Origin: Phaeosaccion multiseriatum
Lineage: Eukaryota; Protista; Ochrophyta, other classes
Assembly (NCBI GenBank): GCA_965112735.1
Contig: OZ218951.1
Location: 4,650,001-4,714,000 of the forward strand
Length of the DNA: 64,000 bases
Direction: 5' to 3'
Part shown: positions 1-12,733 of the stretch, one piece after another
How the letters are laid out: each line of letters begins with the position of its first letter
How positions within the stretch are numbered: position 1 is the stretch's first letter
Translations under genes and position numbers: made by a program
The notes under the pieces: generated by a model
What the model was told of the DNA's origin: nothing
Database searches by the model: none
Seen by the model: only the letters and a program-made list of their open reading frames with translations

Positions 1-68
1 CCACACTGAGAGGTTGGAATTCCAGTACAGACCGGCCGCACAAGAACAATGGTATAACAAAATTTAAA

Positions 69-871
69 ATGAGCTTGAAGAACAAGCCGCTCTGTACAAG
101 CCACACGGCGCGCAGCACCTCCGTGTTCCTGCTGGTGCAAGTGTGAGTTGTGGTGCTCATGTTAATCGTTTCCCCACTCACCACCAATACTCTCCTTTCC
201 TCAACCTAACTCCCTTCCCTATCCTCCCTCGCACACAGGGAAGCACGGGAGCCTCCAGGTCCTTCCGGCCCTCCTTCCTCTCCTGTCTCTCTTGTGAAGA
301 CTGCGAAGGAGCTGAAGCTTCTCCTCCTCTCTGTATTGCGCGACATGTACGGCGCTGCTTGCTGCGCCACCGAGGCAGAGCTCGACCTCCTTGCCATGGA
401 CGGCAGCAAGGGAGTTGGGCTGCTCAGAATCGACCAAAGGTGAGGTGACGGAGATCCAGGAAGGAAGGAAAGAAGGAAGGGGAGGGGGAGGACTAGAGAG
501 ATCTGATCCCCTCCGCCCAGAGGGCTCTCTCGGTCAGAGGCTCTCTCGGTCGCACATTGGGATTTGCGTACTACGGGTGGTGATGGGTGGGCCACAAGTG
601 CAGTTTGGCACCCACTCCGCCTCACCATGCTCCTTACTCCCTCCCCCCCTCCCTCCCCACCATGTATGCATCGATCGAATCGCCCCCTTCTCGCCCCTTT
701 CCCCTCCTCCTCGGTCATAGTTTGTTGGTGCCCGTCCGAGCAGCGTTGACTCTGTGTGGGCGCGCGAGCGGCGTGGGTGACGCACCTCCTTGCCGTCTTT
801 CCGTGTTGGAGGCCTCTCCCTTCCTCGCGGGTCTGGCGCCGGCCATCGCTACAGCTGGCCTGGACTTTTGA
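69..871 (+). CDS. RPP14: RNase P/MRP protein subunit p14 (Rpp14/Pop5 family), 3 exons (69-142, 239-439, 721-871)
   Basis: Splicing at GT-AG sites gives MSLKNKP...TAKELKLLLLSVLRDMYG...ELDLLAMDGSKGVGLLRIDQSLLVPVRAALTLCG...CRLSVLEASPFLAGLA. This follows the Rpp14 pattern (KQLLISAVKDLFG...LDIL...ILRI...SSLTLLG...CAFRVIQVSPFLLAL). It is not visible as a single ORF in the track. Confidence 0.8.
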
Positions 872-1612
872 TCTTTGTGATCTTTGACGACTGAGGCAAC
901 GAGGGTATCAATCCACTTGAATGCGCTCTTCTATCGTCGTACTCTTTTGGGCTTCTCGAGATGGAGAAAGGTGGGGAGGGGGGAGGGGTTCTCGGCTCAG
1001 AGTACCTACCGTCCCCGAGGGGGTGGCGTTGCGGGCATCCCTTTCCAAGCCAGCAGACCAACCCGCCCCCCCCGGTGTGGAAGAAGAGGGGCTCCGAGGG
1101 GTCAGTGTTGTGCTACTGACGCCACCGTCCTTCCTTCCCGACGGAGGGAGGGGTCCATGTTTGGATGAATGGATCAATGGGCATGTATTCGGAGCTGGTT
1201 TTCGGGTATGTTCCTTCCCTTTGCTTCCGCTTCCCATGCCCTCCACCGTGTAGGGGTGGGGTACATTTTCAAGCAGAGCAGTTGGTTCATCGGGCTGTGG
1301 TGCGGTGAAAAGAGATGAGGTGGAGACGGATAGGACGTATCAAAAGGCAATTGATGGACTACCCCTACTTCTTTTGCTCGGCCGTTCGGGTGCCTTCCCT
1401 TCCTTCCTCCCTTCAAACCTCGGGGCGGCAGCGTCTACCTCTACTCGTCTACGGCAAGTCTACCAGCAGTACACAGACGAGAGAGGGCAGGAGATGAGCG
1501 AGAGAGCAGGAGATCAGAAGGGGGGGGAGACGGACAATCTCCCCCACAAGCGGCGGGGCGGGGGACATACCTGTTTTTTTCTCTCGACAGCACAGCTCGA
1601 CAGGACACCGAG

Positions 1613-1613
1613 G

Positions 1614-1647
<34 letters not shown>

Positions 1648-1659
1648 GAGAGAGGGGGG

Positions 1660-1690
<31 letters not shown>

Positions 1691-1749
1691 AGAGAGAGAG
1701 AGAGGGGGAGAGAGGGAGAGAGAGGGAGAGAGGGAGAGAGAGAGAGGGA

Positions 1750-1807
<58 letters not shown>

Positions 1808-1883
1808 AAGAGAGAGAGAGGGAGAGAGAGGGAGAGGGAGAGAGAGAGGGAGAGAAAGAGAGAGGGAGAGAGAGAGAGAGAGG

Positions 1884-1937
<54 letters not shown>
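1613..1937. repeat. (GA)n / (GAGAGG)n purine microsatellite
   Basis: Directly visible; it produces the spurious RERERE and SLSLSL ORFs. Confidence 0.95.
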
Positions 1938-1938
<1 letters not shown>

Positions 1939-3481
1939 CTCACGCGGGGCGGCTTTGCTTGCAGGTCCTCCTGGATGGGTGCGAAAGAGTAGGCGCCCTG
2001 CCTGTCTACCTGTGATGTGATTTGAGCAGGGAAGGGAAGGGAAGGGAGGGAGAGGATCTTTGTATGGCGACTGCCCATAGCTGCTGGAAGGGGGGGAGGA
2101 CGGGGCTGCAGAGGAGCAAATGGGCGTGGAGGGTGTTGTTGACTAGCAGTAACAGCAACAGCAGGCAGCATCACCCGCAGCAGCAGCAGCAACAACAACG
2201 ACAACAGCAGCATCATCACCGCAACCACCACCGTCACCAGCATCAGCAGCATCAGCAGCATCGGCGCTCTCTCGACAAGAGCAGCCTGTGTCTGTGCGAA
2301 GGGAGGGAGGAAAGGCAGCAAGGGGCTCAAGCCAAGGCCTTCCCTTCAGTGCACTTGGGCCACTCGACTCAGCCGTCACTGCTCTGCTCAAGTTCATGTT
2401 GGCGACTTACTTTAGGTCGAGAAGAGACGGACACACAGCTTGCGTGCTTGCGTCTGGGCCTCTGTCTATCTCTGTGTAGCTCCATACATGGGAGGCTCCG
2501 AGAGCAGCGGCAACAGAACAGAGCAGCGGCAACAGAGGCTACAGAGGCAGAGTAGGCAAAAGAGCAGTGCACCTTCGGGCAGCAGGCAGAGGAGAATAGG
2601 TATGAAACTTTGTTTTAGACCCTCCCTCGTATTTCTTCTTTTTTCTGAGTCTACTAGTTTTACGTTACGTACAAAACCGACTCACTTCTCACTACACTAC
2701 ATGTATACAATTACAATACAACCATTCCAAACAAGTCAAACATTTGTCAAGCATCTAAGTGTCGTGCAGTAGGTGAGTGTGTCCGAATGATGCATCGTGG
2801 GCATTCAAACGGTGGCATGCCGGTCTATTACCTCCGGCATGCTCGCTTTGACACACACCGCTCACTCACTCACTCACTCTCCCTCCCCGCGTCCCTGCCT
2901 CTTAGCCTGCCCGAACCCAAAAATGGGGAGGGTCCAGGCCTTCGCCCGCCCTCCCTTTGCTTCCCCTGTTGGTCTTCCGTCGCTATTCGCCAGCCCCGCT
3001 CGCTAAAACACACTCCTCCTCTTCCCGGGAGGCCCTCTCTCCCTTTCTCTCCTTCTCTTCCTCATCTTTCTTCTCCTTCCCCTCGTAAACTAAACACACT
3101 CCTTACATTCCACCTTCCCTTCTCTTCTCTTCCCTTTCCCAGTCGCCGAAACGTCAGGATCTAAAGCTGGCCAAGCTTGGCTAAACCCCTGCCCCGTAAA
3201 CAGGAAGACCCCGTGTCCTATCGATGGCTGAGTGGTAAAAGTCGTATATCCCCCCTCCCCAAGAGCTCCGAATGTGCCTCGTCTGCTGCTTGCTCTGCTT
3301 CTCGCTCCTCTCCTTGCTCGCAAACGCAGCCCGCTACACCTCTCTTGTTGGCTCCCCCCCATCCATCACTTTCCCATCCGCATGAGAGAGAGAGAGGGAC
3401 GGGGAGAGAGAGAGAGAATCCAACCCCCCTTTTCGTCTCGCCACTCCCTCCTCTACGCTGTGTACTCCTCCACAGCATCAC

Positions 3482-5787
3482 TCAATACACGACAAGGGGC
3501 CTGGCCTCCCACTCGGGTCTGTGCTCCTCATACATGGCCTTGACCGCCTCGACGAAAGCGGTGTGGACGGTGTCGACGGTCTCCTCCGAAGGGTCTGCCT
3601 CTTGCTTGACAACCATGGGGCTGCACCACGGCCCGGCACAGAACGAAAGAAGCGAGAGAGAGAGAGAGGGAGAGGGGTGGAGGGAGAGAGAGAGGGAGAG
3701 GGAGAGGGAGGCAGAGAGAGAGAGGAGAGCGAGAGCGAGAGGGAGAGAGGGGGAGAGGGAGAGGGAGAGAGGGAGAGAGGGGAGAGAGATTGAGGGCGGG
3801 GGAGGACGGCGATCGGGGGGCGACAGAACTTGAGAAGAAGTACTGAGAGGGGGTGTGGAAGGAGCAGGGAGCAGTGGGGGAGAGGTGGGCAAGGCACGCA
3901 AAAGCATGGGGCATTCTCTAAACAACCAACATGTCAATGAGGGCACTGCCTCCTCTCACTGCTTCTTCCGTTGGCCCTTCGGTCCTTCGCTCAAGACTCG
4001 TTTACAACACCACCACCACCACCACCACCACCACCACTTCCATAACGGTAGCAGCATCACCCAAAAAAAAGCAAAAACACCACCAAAAAAGGTTCTCCAA
4101 AAGGGTTTTCCCTGCGCTGTTCTCACCTTCCCGAGACCATGGTGAGGGGTGTTCTGTAGGGGATGGTCAGTCCGAAGCGACCATAGTACACCACCATGGC
4201 AGCCTTGATCTTGCGTGAGATCAGCCGCAGCAGCCCGTTGCCCTACGTTAGGGAGAGAAAGGGGGGGTGTCGAGTCGATACGGTAGAGGGGAAGAGAAGG
4301 GGGAGGGGAGAGGGAGGAGGAGAGGGAGGGAAGAGAAGCACGGAGCGGAGGTGCGGGAGGTTGGGGGGGGGGGGTGAGGCAGTGAGGCAGTGAGGCAGTG
4401 GGGTGGATGGTACGGCACGTAAAGGTAGACCCTCCTTTGGTAAGTATGCACGAATCTGAAACTGAAACTGAAAGCGATGCTTCTTCTCGAGTCTATACAT
4501 ACCTGTCGACCGCCAGCGAGGTCGAAGAGGAGGCTGTTTCCATAGAAGATGACGGGAACCTGCAGACGGGGAAAGGAGAACAGAGGGGGAGAGGAGAGCA
4601 GAGGACAAGAACCAAATGGGAGGGATGACCATCAACCATGAAGACCGGAGGGCATCGAAGGGCCGTAAGAGGGGAGAGAGAGGGAGAGATAAAAGAGAGG
4701 GAGAGTGTGTGAGAGGGGGAGAGATAGCAACGAGCGAGGGAGGGAGAGAGAGAGAAAGTGCAGACAGGAAGACGGGATGAGGATACCCCTCCCCAGGGGA
4801 ACGGCGTCGCTCGCACACACACTCAACGCGTTCACCTTTCTTCTTACCGATAATCCCTCCCTTCCCTTCGCCCTCTCCTCTTGCTAGCTACACGACTGAG
4901 TAGTAGTTGATAAAGGGGTGCGTGGGGATGGGCTTCCGTACTCACCATGTCGGCGCCCTCCTGAATGGCGAGCCTCACAAAGCCCTTGCGCTTGAGGAGG
5001 TACAGCCTCTCCTCCTCCCTGCTCGCCAAGTGCATTTCTGCGATTCCGCCAACGATGACTGATCAAGATGTCCATGAGTTGATCAATGAGAGGGTCCATC
5101 AAGGATAGGGGAAGGGAGGGAGGGAGGGAGCGGGGGAGGGATAGGATTGACAATGGGAGTTAAGTAGAGATCAGGATCCTTGAGCAGGCAGGGTAGGTCT
5201 TGTCATACTCGCTGCTAACGACGATATGGGTGACTTGCATCCAACGTGCATGAGGGGAGAGAGAGAGAGAGAGAGAAAGTGAGGACAGCGAGAGAGAGAG
5301 AGGCAAAGGGAGAAGGACTTACTTCCGATGGGGAGAGAGGGGAGAGAGAGAGAGAGAAAGTGAGGACAGCGAGAGAGAGGCAAAGGGAGAAGGACTTACT
5401 TCCAACGTGCATGCCGTCCTCGTACATGCCCGAGATGTTCTTCTTGTCCTGAGGGGCGACAAGAAGTACAGCATCAGGTACAGCATCAGACGTACGCGCA
5501 CACACGCCCACACACACACAGACACACGCTCCTGCACAAACACGCACACACACACGTACGCATGCACGTGCACACGCACACACGTAAACAAACGTGCACA
5601 CTCTCTCCCTCCCTTCGTTCCTCGCTCTTCACCCGCCATCATCTCCCATCTACCCGTGTATCGAATCTCTCTGCCTCACTCACCGCCGGCCGGACCCCCA
5701 GTGTCTTGTAAAAGTGCCTGAGGATTGGTATGCGGAGCACGATCTCGGCCGCCACACACGACACTGGCGACAAGTCTGCGCGCGCGC

Positions 5788-5855
<68 letters not shown>

Positions 5856-6929
5856 TTGCGTGCGTGTGTTTGCGTGTGTATGTGTGCGCGTCAGTGTATG
5901 TGTGTGTACATGTGTGTGAGAGAGAGAGTGTGTGTGTTGAGTGTGTACAGGCGTGAAAGTGGAAAGCAGCGTTAAGCAAGGGTTCGAGAGCGAGCTTGTC
6001 CCACAACACGTATGGAGGGAGGAGGAGAGGACGTTAGAGACGTCGGACCTCCCCCACGTTACTTCCCCCTCGCCCAAAGATGCCCTTGACTGCCATCCAT
6101 ACCCTCCCACCCACCCAACCCACCCACCCTCTGTCTTGATACCCAACTTATTCCCAACACACCTGGGAAGGCGTCGAGCATGACTGCCGCAGAGAGGATG
6201 GAGCCGAGAGGCATGATGCCGTGCGGTACCTCTACGAACATGAACTTGCGAGAGGGGTCTAGAGGGGCCGTGATGGTGGCCTGGAAGCGAAAGTAGCGAC
6301 GCCAGGACTGCTCAAGAGGAGGGGGGGGGGGTGGAGGGGGAGGGAGGCGGAGGGAGGGGGAGGGGGAAAGGGAGGGAGGCGGAGGGAGGCGGAGGGGGAA
6401 AGGGAGGGGGGGGGGGGGGGGAGGGAGTGGAGTGGAGTGGAGGGGAGGGGAGGGATGAGGGGAGGAAGGAGATGATGGGGGGGAAGGAGGGGGTTGGAGG
6501 GGGGTGGAGGGGGAGGGGATGAAGAGGGGATGAGAAGGAACCAGGAAGAATCAGGAGTGCGAAGAATCAGGAGTGCCCTTACGTCTTCTTCAGTAAATAG
6601 AGGGAGGAGCTCAGGAGCTGAGCGACAACAACAAAAATCAAGCCAAACACATTCTCGCTGCCTCATCCACTGAAGGCTAAACTAAACAAAATTGAGTTGG
6701 AGCATGTGCCGTATAACGTGCTGGCTTTGGACTCACTTTGAAGAAGCTGGAGCGGATGAAGGTGATACTGGGCATTTGGAAGCGTATGGGTAGCCAGCAG
6801 GTGCTGGTGATGAGCACAATGAGCGTGGCTAGGGTTGCAGAGCCCCACCACAGGGCGAAGGGGAGCCCAAGCAGGACAACGAGAAGTAGCGCTTGGGGGC
6901 AGCTGATGTGGGACGCGAAGAGAGAGAGA

Positions 6930-6969
<40 letters not shown>

Positions 6970-7879
6970 AGAGAGGGCAGAGGGGGGGGGGGATGTAAGC
7001 GAGCGAAAGAGTGAGAGAGAGGGCAGGGGCGAGGTCGGGGGTGCGGAAGATGGGCCCGAGCTCTGCCACGCTCGGCAGATGTTAGTGAGCAAGCCACAAA
7101 AAGATAGCGAGAGAGAGACAGAAAGATAAGAACAAGCATACAGACGGGTTTCTTCAGGTCCCGTCGCTCCTCCTTCATCCTGCCACTTGTCGTTGGCCTC
7201 ACCCTGAGATCAGGCCGAGAGAAGCCGCGGCGAAGAGGTGGGCCAAGACGCCGAGCTCCTCTTTGGTGCAGTACACATCCTCCGTGTCATTGACAGGGTG
7301 CACCTTGTTGCAGTGATTGCACAAGGCCACGTCGGTACGCCCCCACGGGGTCTTCGGTTTCTCCTCTGAGTCCTCCTGCTCCGGCTGCTCCTGTTCCTGC
7401 TCCTCCTTGGCTTGCTGCAGCTGTTCCTGCAGCTGCTGGTGGGTCTGCAGCTCCTTGGTCTGCAGCTGCTTGGTGAAGAAGTCGCTGCTACTGGAGTGAG
7501 CACTGCTGGGTGCGGTATTGGGCGCCGTGTTGGTCACTGCTTTGCGCGGGCTGCCAATACTGCCGGAGGACCGGCTGCAGCTGCGCACGCTCCGCTCGTC
7601 GGCTGTGCTCTCGTCGTCGTCCTCGTCGTCGCCGTACTCGAGCAGCAGACCGCTCATTCTATCTTCCGCAAACTCATCCATTCTCAGGGGTGACATGGGG
7701 GGAGACGGGGACGATGAGGACGCTCCCGACAGTGAGTCGGAGGACTTCCCGGCGCTGGTCTCCATTTTTTCGTCATGTAGGGGGGCAGGCGTCTTCGATG
7801 CGGGCGATCCTCCCTCGTCATTGTCGCTTTTCTTCTCAGGGGTTAGACGGCGTCTGAGGCTGCTCATCCTACCGTCCAT
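3482..7879 (-). CDS. DGAT2: Diacylglycerol O-acyltransferase type 2, about 9 exons
   Basis: Exon translations: TM segment ALLLVVLLGLPFALWWG, WRRYFRF, FMFVEVPHGIMPLG (PHG motif), VLRIPILRHFYKTLGVRPA, IIVGGIAEM...LYLLKRKGFVRLAIQEGADM, VPVIFYGNS, YGRFGLTIPYRTPLTMVSG, and C-terminal VHTAFVEAVKAMYEEHRP. Exon 1 (7199-7879) encodes a long disordered N-terminus. Confidence 0.92.
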
Positions 7880-8282
7880 CGAGAAAAGAGCCTCTTTATT
7901 TCGGTAACGTTACGCTCCGGGCCGGGCGCCGCCGCCGAGCGGAGGTTCTCCTCCTGACCAGTGTCTCAAGACGAGTGTTCCTCCTTCTTCCCACTTGCAC
8001 CACCTCAACCCCTTGATATGTATTCTCCCTCTTTGTGTGTTTGTCCAAGATGTCCACGGGTTGTGTTGTGCGGGGGGGGGGGAGCGACGCGTCCCCAAAA
8101 AAAAAAAAAGCTTCGCCAAAAAAAATTACGTCAATGAAAAAACGCTGGGCCGGGCCCCCGGCTCCCCTCTTTTTCTCTTTTTCCGTTGCCATCATTGGCT
8201 GCCGGTATCGGCATTATCCAGCCCCCTGGAAAGCTTGAAAGAATGGAGAGGAGACATCTGCGGTAGGAGAGGGGGGCCCACC

Positions 8283-9767
8283 ATGATGAGGAAGAGGAGG
8301 CGGGGAGGCTTCCACCTCCTCACCCGACCCAATGGGGTCTTGCGGAACAAGGCTCTATTTATTAGTGTGGTGATGCTCTGCATGGCGACCACGGTGTACC
8401 TCCCACTCCACCGTCTCAGTAAGAGCAGAATAAGCAGATACAGTGGAAGCAGCAGTGGGGAGGGGAGTGTGGAGTTGCGCGTGCCGGACTCGGAGGAGCA
8501 GCTGCTTGTGCGGCAGGTGCTCAAGGCACCACTCAAGCCTATCCCCCCAACTCTATCTCTCGGCCAACCCAGCAAAGCTGCACGCCTTGATCATACTCAT
8601 GGAGAGGAGGAGGAGCAACCGATGCAGCAGCAGCAAGTAGTACGGACTGAGGAGGAGGAGGAGCCCTGGCGACGTCTGGATCGTCGCCGGGCCCTCCGAG
8701 AGCGAGTGGAGAAGCTGCGGCGTAGGAAAGGGTGGGGGGGCAATAGGGAGGGGTGCAAATTCGAGAAGGCGGATCTGCCCGCTGTGGAGGCGCAGGGTGG
8801 GAAATCAGGCTTCTTCCCGTCCCGATCATCCTACATTGTCGTCAACACGGCGAGGACGGGCAGCTCTTTCCTTCAGGAAGCCATGTACGCAATTCCCTCC
8901 GTGAAAGTGCAGTTTGAGCTGGGGCTTTCCTCCGCCACGTGGGCCCTGCAGTGCCAGCAGTGCAGCAGGGGCACACTCAACTCCAAGCTAGAGCGTAAGG
9001 GTGGCCCCGGCGTGGTCAAGTCACACCCGCCCGAGGTGTGCGGCCTGAGTCTGTTCAACCCTCCCATCAACCCGGTGAAGGACCTTGTCACCGTGGCGGA
9101 GGCCCACGATGCTCGCTTTGTGCTGCTGGTGCGGCGCAACCATGTCAGCACGGTGGTGAGCAAGCATCGCATGTTCTCGGGCAAGGAGGAGAAGCGTGCG
9201 GCCACCATCAAGCTCACGGGGATCAATCTGCACCGCTACCTTCTGGAAGAATATGCGCGCTATTGGGACATTTTATCGATCTTGGGCGGGAGCACCAAGC
9301 TTCGCTACATGGTCGTCTTTTACGAGCAGCTTGTGAGCGATCCCTCCACTCTTTTCCACCTAAAGTCCTTCCTCGGACTCGACCCAACCCCCCCACCACC
9401 AGCAGCAGCAGCAGGAGACACCGTCTTGTCGTCCACGAATGGTACAGCAGCTATAGATAGGAATCAAGGGGCCGCCCAGCAGCAAGCGCAACAAGCGTCG
9501 CCGGAGAAGAAGTCTTCGAGCAAGCCATCGCTGGCCTACCTCGCCCCCCAAGCCTTGGCGGAGGGGAGACAACGCGTGGAGGCGTCAGAGAGCCTGACAC
9601 CATACGATCGGGCCCTGCTACGGGGCATGTTGCATGACCAGGCCTATGACGCTACGATCGACTTCCGCGCCTCGTTTGAAGAAGTGTGTCGGAGCAAGCA
9701 CGCCTCCGGCACGGGATCGGCGCCCCTCATTCACTGGACGAACCTCACCTGCTCAGATGTAGTGTAG
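8283..9767 (+). CDS. Type II membrane (Golgi-like) sulfotransferase, Stf0/sulfotransferase P-loop family, intronless
   Basis: Basic N-tail followed by a TM helix (ALFISVVMLCMATTVYL), 5'-PSB motif ARTGSSFL, 3'-PB motif LVRRNHVSTVVS and VFYEQL. Likely start is ATG 8283 within ORF 7995-9767. Confidence 0.7.
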   Translation: MMRKRRRGGFHLLTRPNGVLRNKALFISVVMLCMATTVYLPLHRLSKSRISRYSGSSSGEGSVELRVPDSEEQLLVRQVLKAPLKPIPPTLSLGQPSKAARLDHTHGEEEEQPMQQQQVVRTEEEEEPWRRLDRRRALRERVEKLRRRKGWGGNREGCKFEKADLPAVEAQGGKSGFFPSRSSYIVVNTARTGSSFLQEAMYAIPSVKVQFELGLSSATWALQCQQCSRGTLNSKLERKGGPGVVKSHPPEVCGLSLFNPPINPVKDLVTVAEAHDARFVLLVRRNHVSTVVSKHRMFSGKEEKRAATIKLTGINLHRYLLEEYARYWDILSILGGSTKLRYMVVFYEQLVSDPSTLFHLKSFLGLDPTPPPPAAAAGDTVLSSTNGTAAIDRNQGAAQQQAQQASPEKKSSSKPSLAYLAPQALAEGRQRVEASESLTPYDRALLRGMLHDQAYDATIDFRASFEEVCRSKHASGTGSAPLIHWTNLTCSDVV

Positions 9768-9779
9768 AATGGTGGGGGT

Positions 9780-10690
9780 GTGCTTCATCTCATTGTTAAT
9801 AGAATTGGTGGACTCTTTCGGCATGATGCTTGTTTGAAGGTGCACAAGCGCTCCTCTCCGCCGGTGCCAGCGTGGACTTGGTTGACTTGTGTGGTGCTCC
9901 GGCATTGATCCAGGCATCATTGAACGGCCATCATGCCGTGGTGCAGCAGCTTCTGTCGGCGGGTGCGAAGGTGGAATGGACCACTTTGAGTGGGTGTACG
10001 CCGCTTCATGAAGCCTCACGTAAAGGGCATGAAAGGGTAGTCCATCAGCTGCTTTCCGTCCGCGCGGAGATCCAGCGCCCAAATAGGGAAGGCTTGACTG
10101 CGTTGGTACTGTCCTCCCAGGAAGGGCATCATGCGGTGGTGCAGCAGCTGCTGTCGGCCGGTGCTGATCCCAACCACGTGGATGCTAGAGACGCTGGACG
10201 TCGCACACCCTTGTTGATGGCCGCACGAAATGAACGCCACAGGGTCCTCACGCAGCTGCTGCTCACCGCGGGGGCAAATGCGAATTTGGCATGCCGCGAC
10301 GAAGTGTTTCCGCTTGGCTTTTCGAGCCATGAAGGTCTTTGGTATTGTGGTGGAGCAGCTCATCACGGCCGGCGCTGACCCCGACAGCCGCGGTGGTGTG
10401 GGAGGGAGAACAGCGTTGATGGCAGCGTCTGCGAAACCATTGTGTGAAAGCTGCTCAGGGCTGGCGCAGGGGCGAGTATATTGAGTGACGACGGGTTGGG
10501 AGCGATACGCGCACTGGCTGTGCATGATCTCGCTCAGCTTGGCCATGGCTGCTGGTGTCGAGGCTGGAGGAGCTCCTCTCAGGAGGTGCTGACGTGGAGA
10601 TGCTGACTACTGAAGGGGGTACACCTTTGTTGCTGGCTTCGCTGAGGGGCCACAGCCAGTCTGCAGAGTGACGGCCCATAGTCGCCCCAT
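9780..10690 (+). pseudogene. Ankyrin-repeat pseudogene (copy 1)
   Basis: Ankyrin motifs (GCTPLHEASRKGHERVVHQLLS, RTPLLMAARN, GRTALMAAS) are split across frames by frameshifts and stops. No intact 5' end is visible. Confidence 0.85.
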
Positions 10691-11215
10691 GGCATCCGCG
10701 TCCCCAGCTTTGGCGTTCTCGCAGACGAAGGAACGCACCCACCACTCAAACTCCAAATAAGAAGGTCCCCTTCGCTTGTGCGCGGGAGGGTCCCCGGACC
10801 AAGAGAAGCAGGACTTGACGTCACGATTAACGCAGGCAGCGTCCGCCAGTCTGCATTCCCCGCCGCCATCGCTACTCAGACGCCTGCTCATGTCGCTGCT
10901 GCTGCTCCATCTCCGGGTGCGAGTGCTGGCGCTGCCACAACTGCTGCTGTCTCTCCTGTCACCAGATGGTGAGGCATAAAGGGCCATAGCCGTGAGCCAG
11001 CCAACGGCAACTTGCGGCAAGTGTGCAAGCAGCCAACAGTCGACCAGTCCCCAGCGCGGGCACGCCGCTCACCCGTTGCTGACCCTCCAAGACCTATGCC
11101 ATCAAAGGGGGGGATAATAGGAATCACCTGAAAAAAGTAGCCAGAGTCGATATTAAGGAAGGTAGAAGCAGGAAGCAGACCGGCTGGCGCCGGCCAGAAG
11201 CAGGAAGCAAGGGCG

Positions 11216-11406
11216 GGAGGGAGGGAGGGAGGGAGGGAGGGAGGGAGGGAGGGAGGGAGGGAGGGAGGGAGGGAGGGAGGGAGGGAGGGAGGGAGGGAGG
11301 GAGGGAGGGAGGGAGGGAGGGAGGGAGGGAGGGAGGGAGGGAGGGAGGGAGGGAGGGAGGGAGGGAGGGAGGAAGGGAGGGAGGGAGGGAGGGAGGGAGG
11401 GAGGGA
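11216..11406. repeat. (GGGA)n tetranucleotide tract, about 47 units
   Basis: Directly visible. Confidence 0.95.
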
Positions 11407-11427
11407 GTCGACCCTGGACAAGATCAT

Positions 11428-11570
11428 CTGATTCTGATTACGGCCGGCGCAGCCGGCCTGATTACTGATTATGACCGGCGCCAGCCGGTCTGGTTGCTTA
11501 CAGCCGGTGACCAGCCGGCCTGATTACTGATATTGCGCCGGCCGGGGGCTGATTTTGCGCCGGCCGAAGG
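11428..11570. repeat. Short degenerate tandem repeats CTGATT...GCCGGC(G)...GCCGG with internal hairpins
   Basis: About 5-6 units of roughly 25-35 bp. Confidence 0.7.
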
Positions 11571-12733
11571 AGAGACGGCGACAGCCAGTCCGGCCTGCCC
11601 GCAGGCAGACGAGAGTAGAAGAAGACTTGATATAGATTGATTATGATTTGATAACCCTACTGAGAATGGATAGAAGAGACTACTGAGGTTGACACGTACG
11701 GGCTAATGGCCACGTAGAGACTATACGTTAAGGGGGATAGTGAGATAGATGCGTGGGCACGCTCTATCCCCCCTTATATCCAGGTGGACATAAGTCAGGG
11801 ATTTCCGTAACTGTGAGTGATCCGAAGGCAGAACACATTCACTGTGTTACCTCAATGCCCATCACCTCCGCTCCATCATCTAGGAGGGCATCATTGGAGA
11901 GCTTACATTCCTGTTCGTCATCAGAGCAGCCCTTTACACACCTCCAGCCTAGGCGACGCATCGCCGGTGCAAAGAGTTGACGCCAGTTGGGATTGCCCTG
12001 TTGGCAGATCAGAATGCTGAAGGCGGCCTCATCTTCGAAGGAGTGACGGGGCTGCTGTAGTTGCGCGACTGCTCCATCCGAGGCATCATCGAAGAGGTCA
12101 TCGTCAGCGGTGCCGCTTGGCGTGGTAAGAAGAAAAGTATTTTCGGCTGTCTCGCGCGCCGCAATGTATCATCGCGTTCTCGATTTAGTAAAGGAAGGAG
12201 GGGGGCGGTTCTGGGTGGGCTCCAGGACCGGAGGCATGCCGGGCTGGTAGAGAGACGTCCAGGGGACCAAGATGACGGGGTTGAGTGTGAATGGGGGGGT
12301 CAGAGAGCAGAAGGGAAAGGCAAAGCGGGAAGTTGAGGAGGGCACCGCGGGTCGAAGTCAAGAAGGTGATTTGGGCGCTGTGCTGTGGGCTGTTTGGACC
12401 TAATTTGGGCTAATGTTAGCAGAATAGAGGCCTACACACACTCATACTACAAGAGGGACACTCATTGGGGGGTGTACAGGGCCGTCTACGGTTTATTTTT
12501 GCCCCGACGGTTTTTTCCGCCCGCCCGCGGCAGATTTTTCCAAATGTGCTACGCATTCCGAAATATTTTATCGGTGCGGCCTCGATCGAGGGTCAGGATG
12601 ACGACGAAAAGGGGCCCTTCACACTTGTAAATTCTCTCCCTCACTCTGTAGCTCCTGAAAGGACACTTCGAGCTGCCCAGCACTCAGCCGACTATATATC
12701 CCTCAAGTCTTTTGAAGGGTTTCATATCTCGTT

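Noticed and set aside
880-3400. Possible additional gene between RPP14 and DGAT2
   Set aside because: A few exon-like segments exist, but I could not assemble a consistent frame or a recognisable domain.
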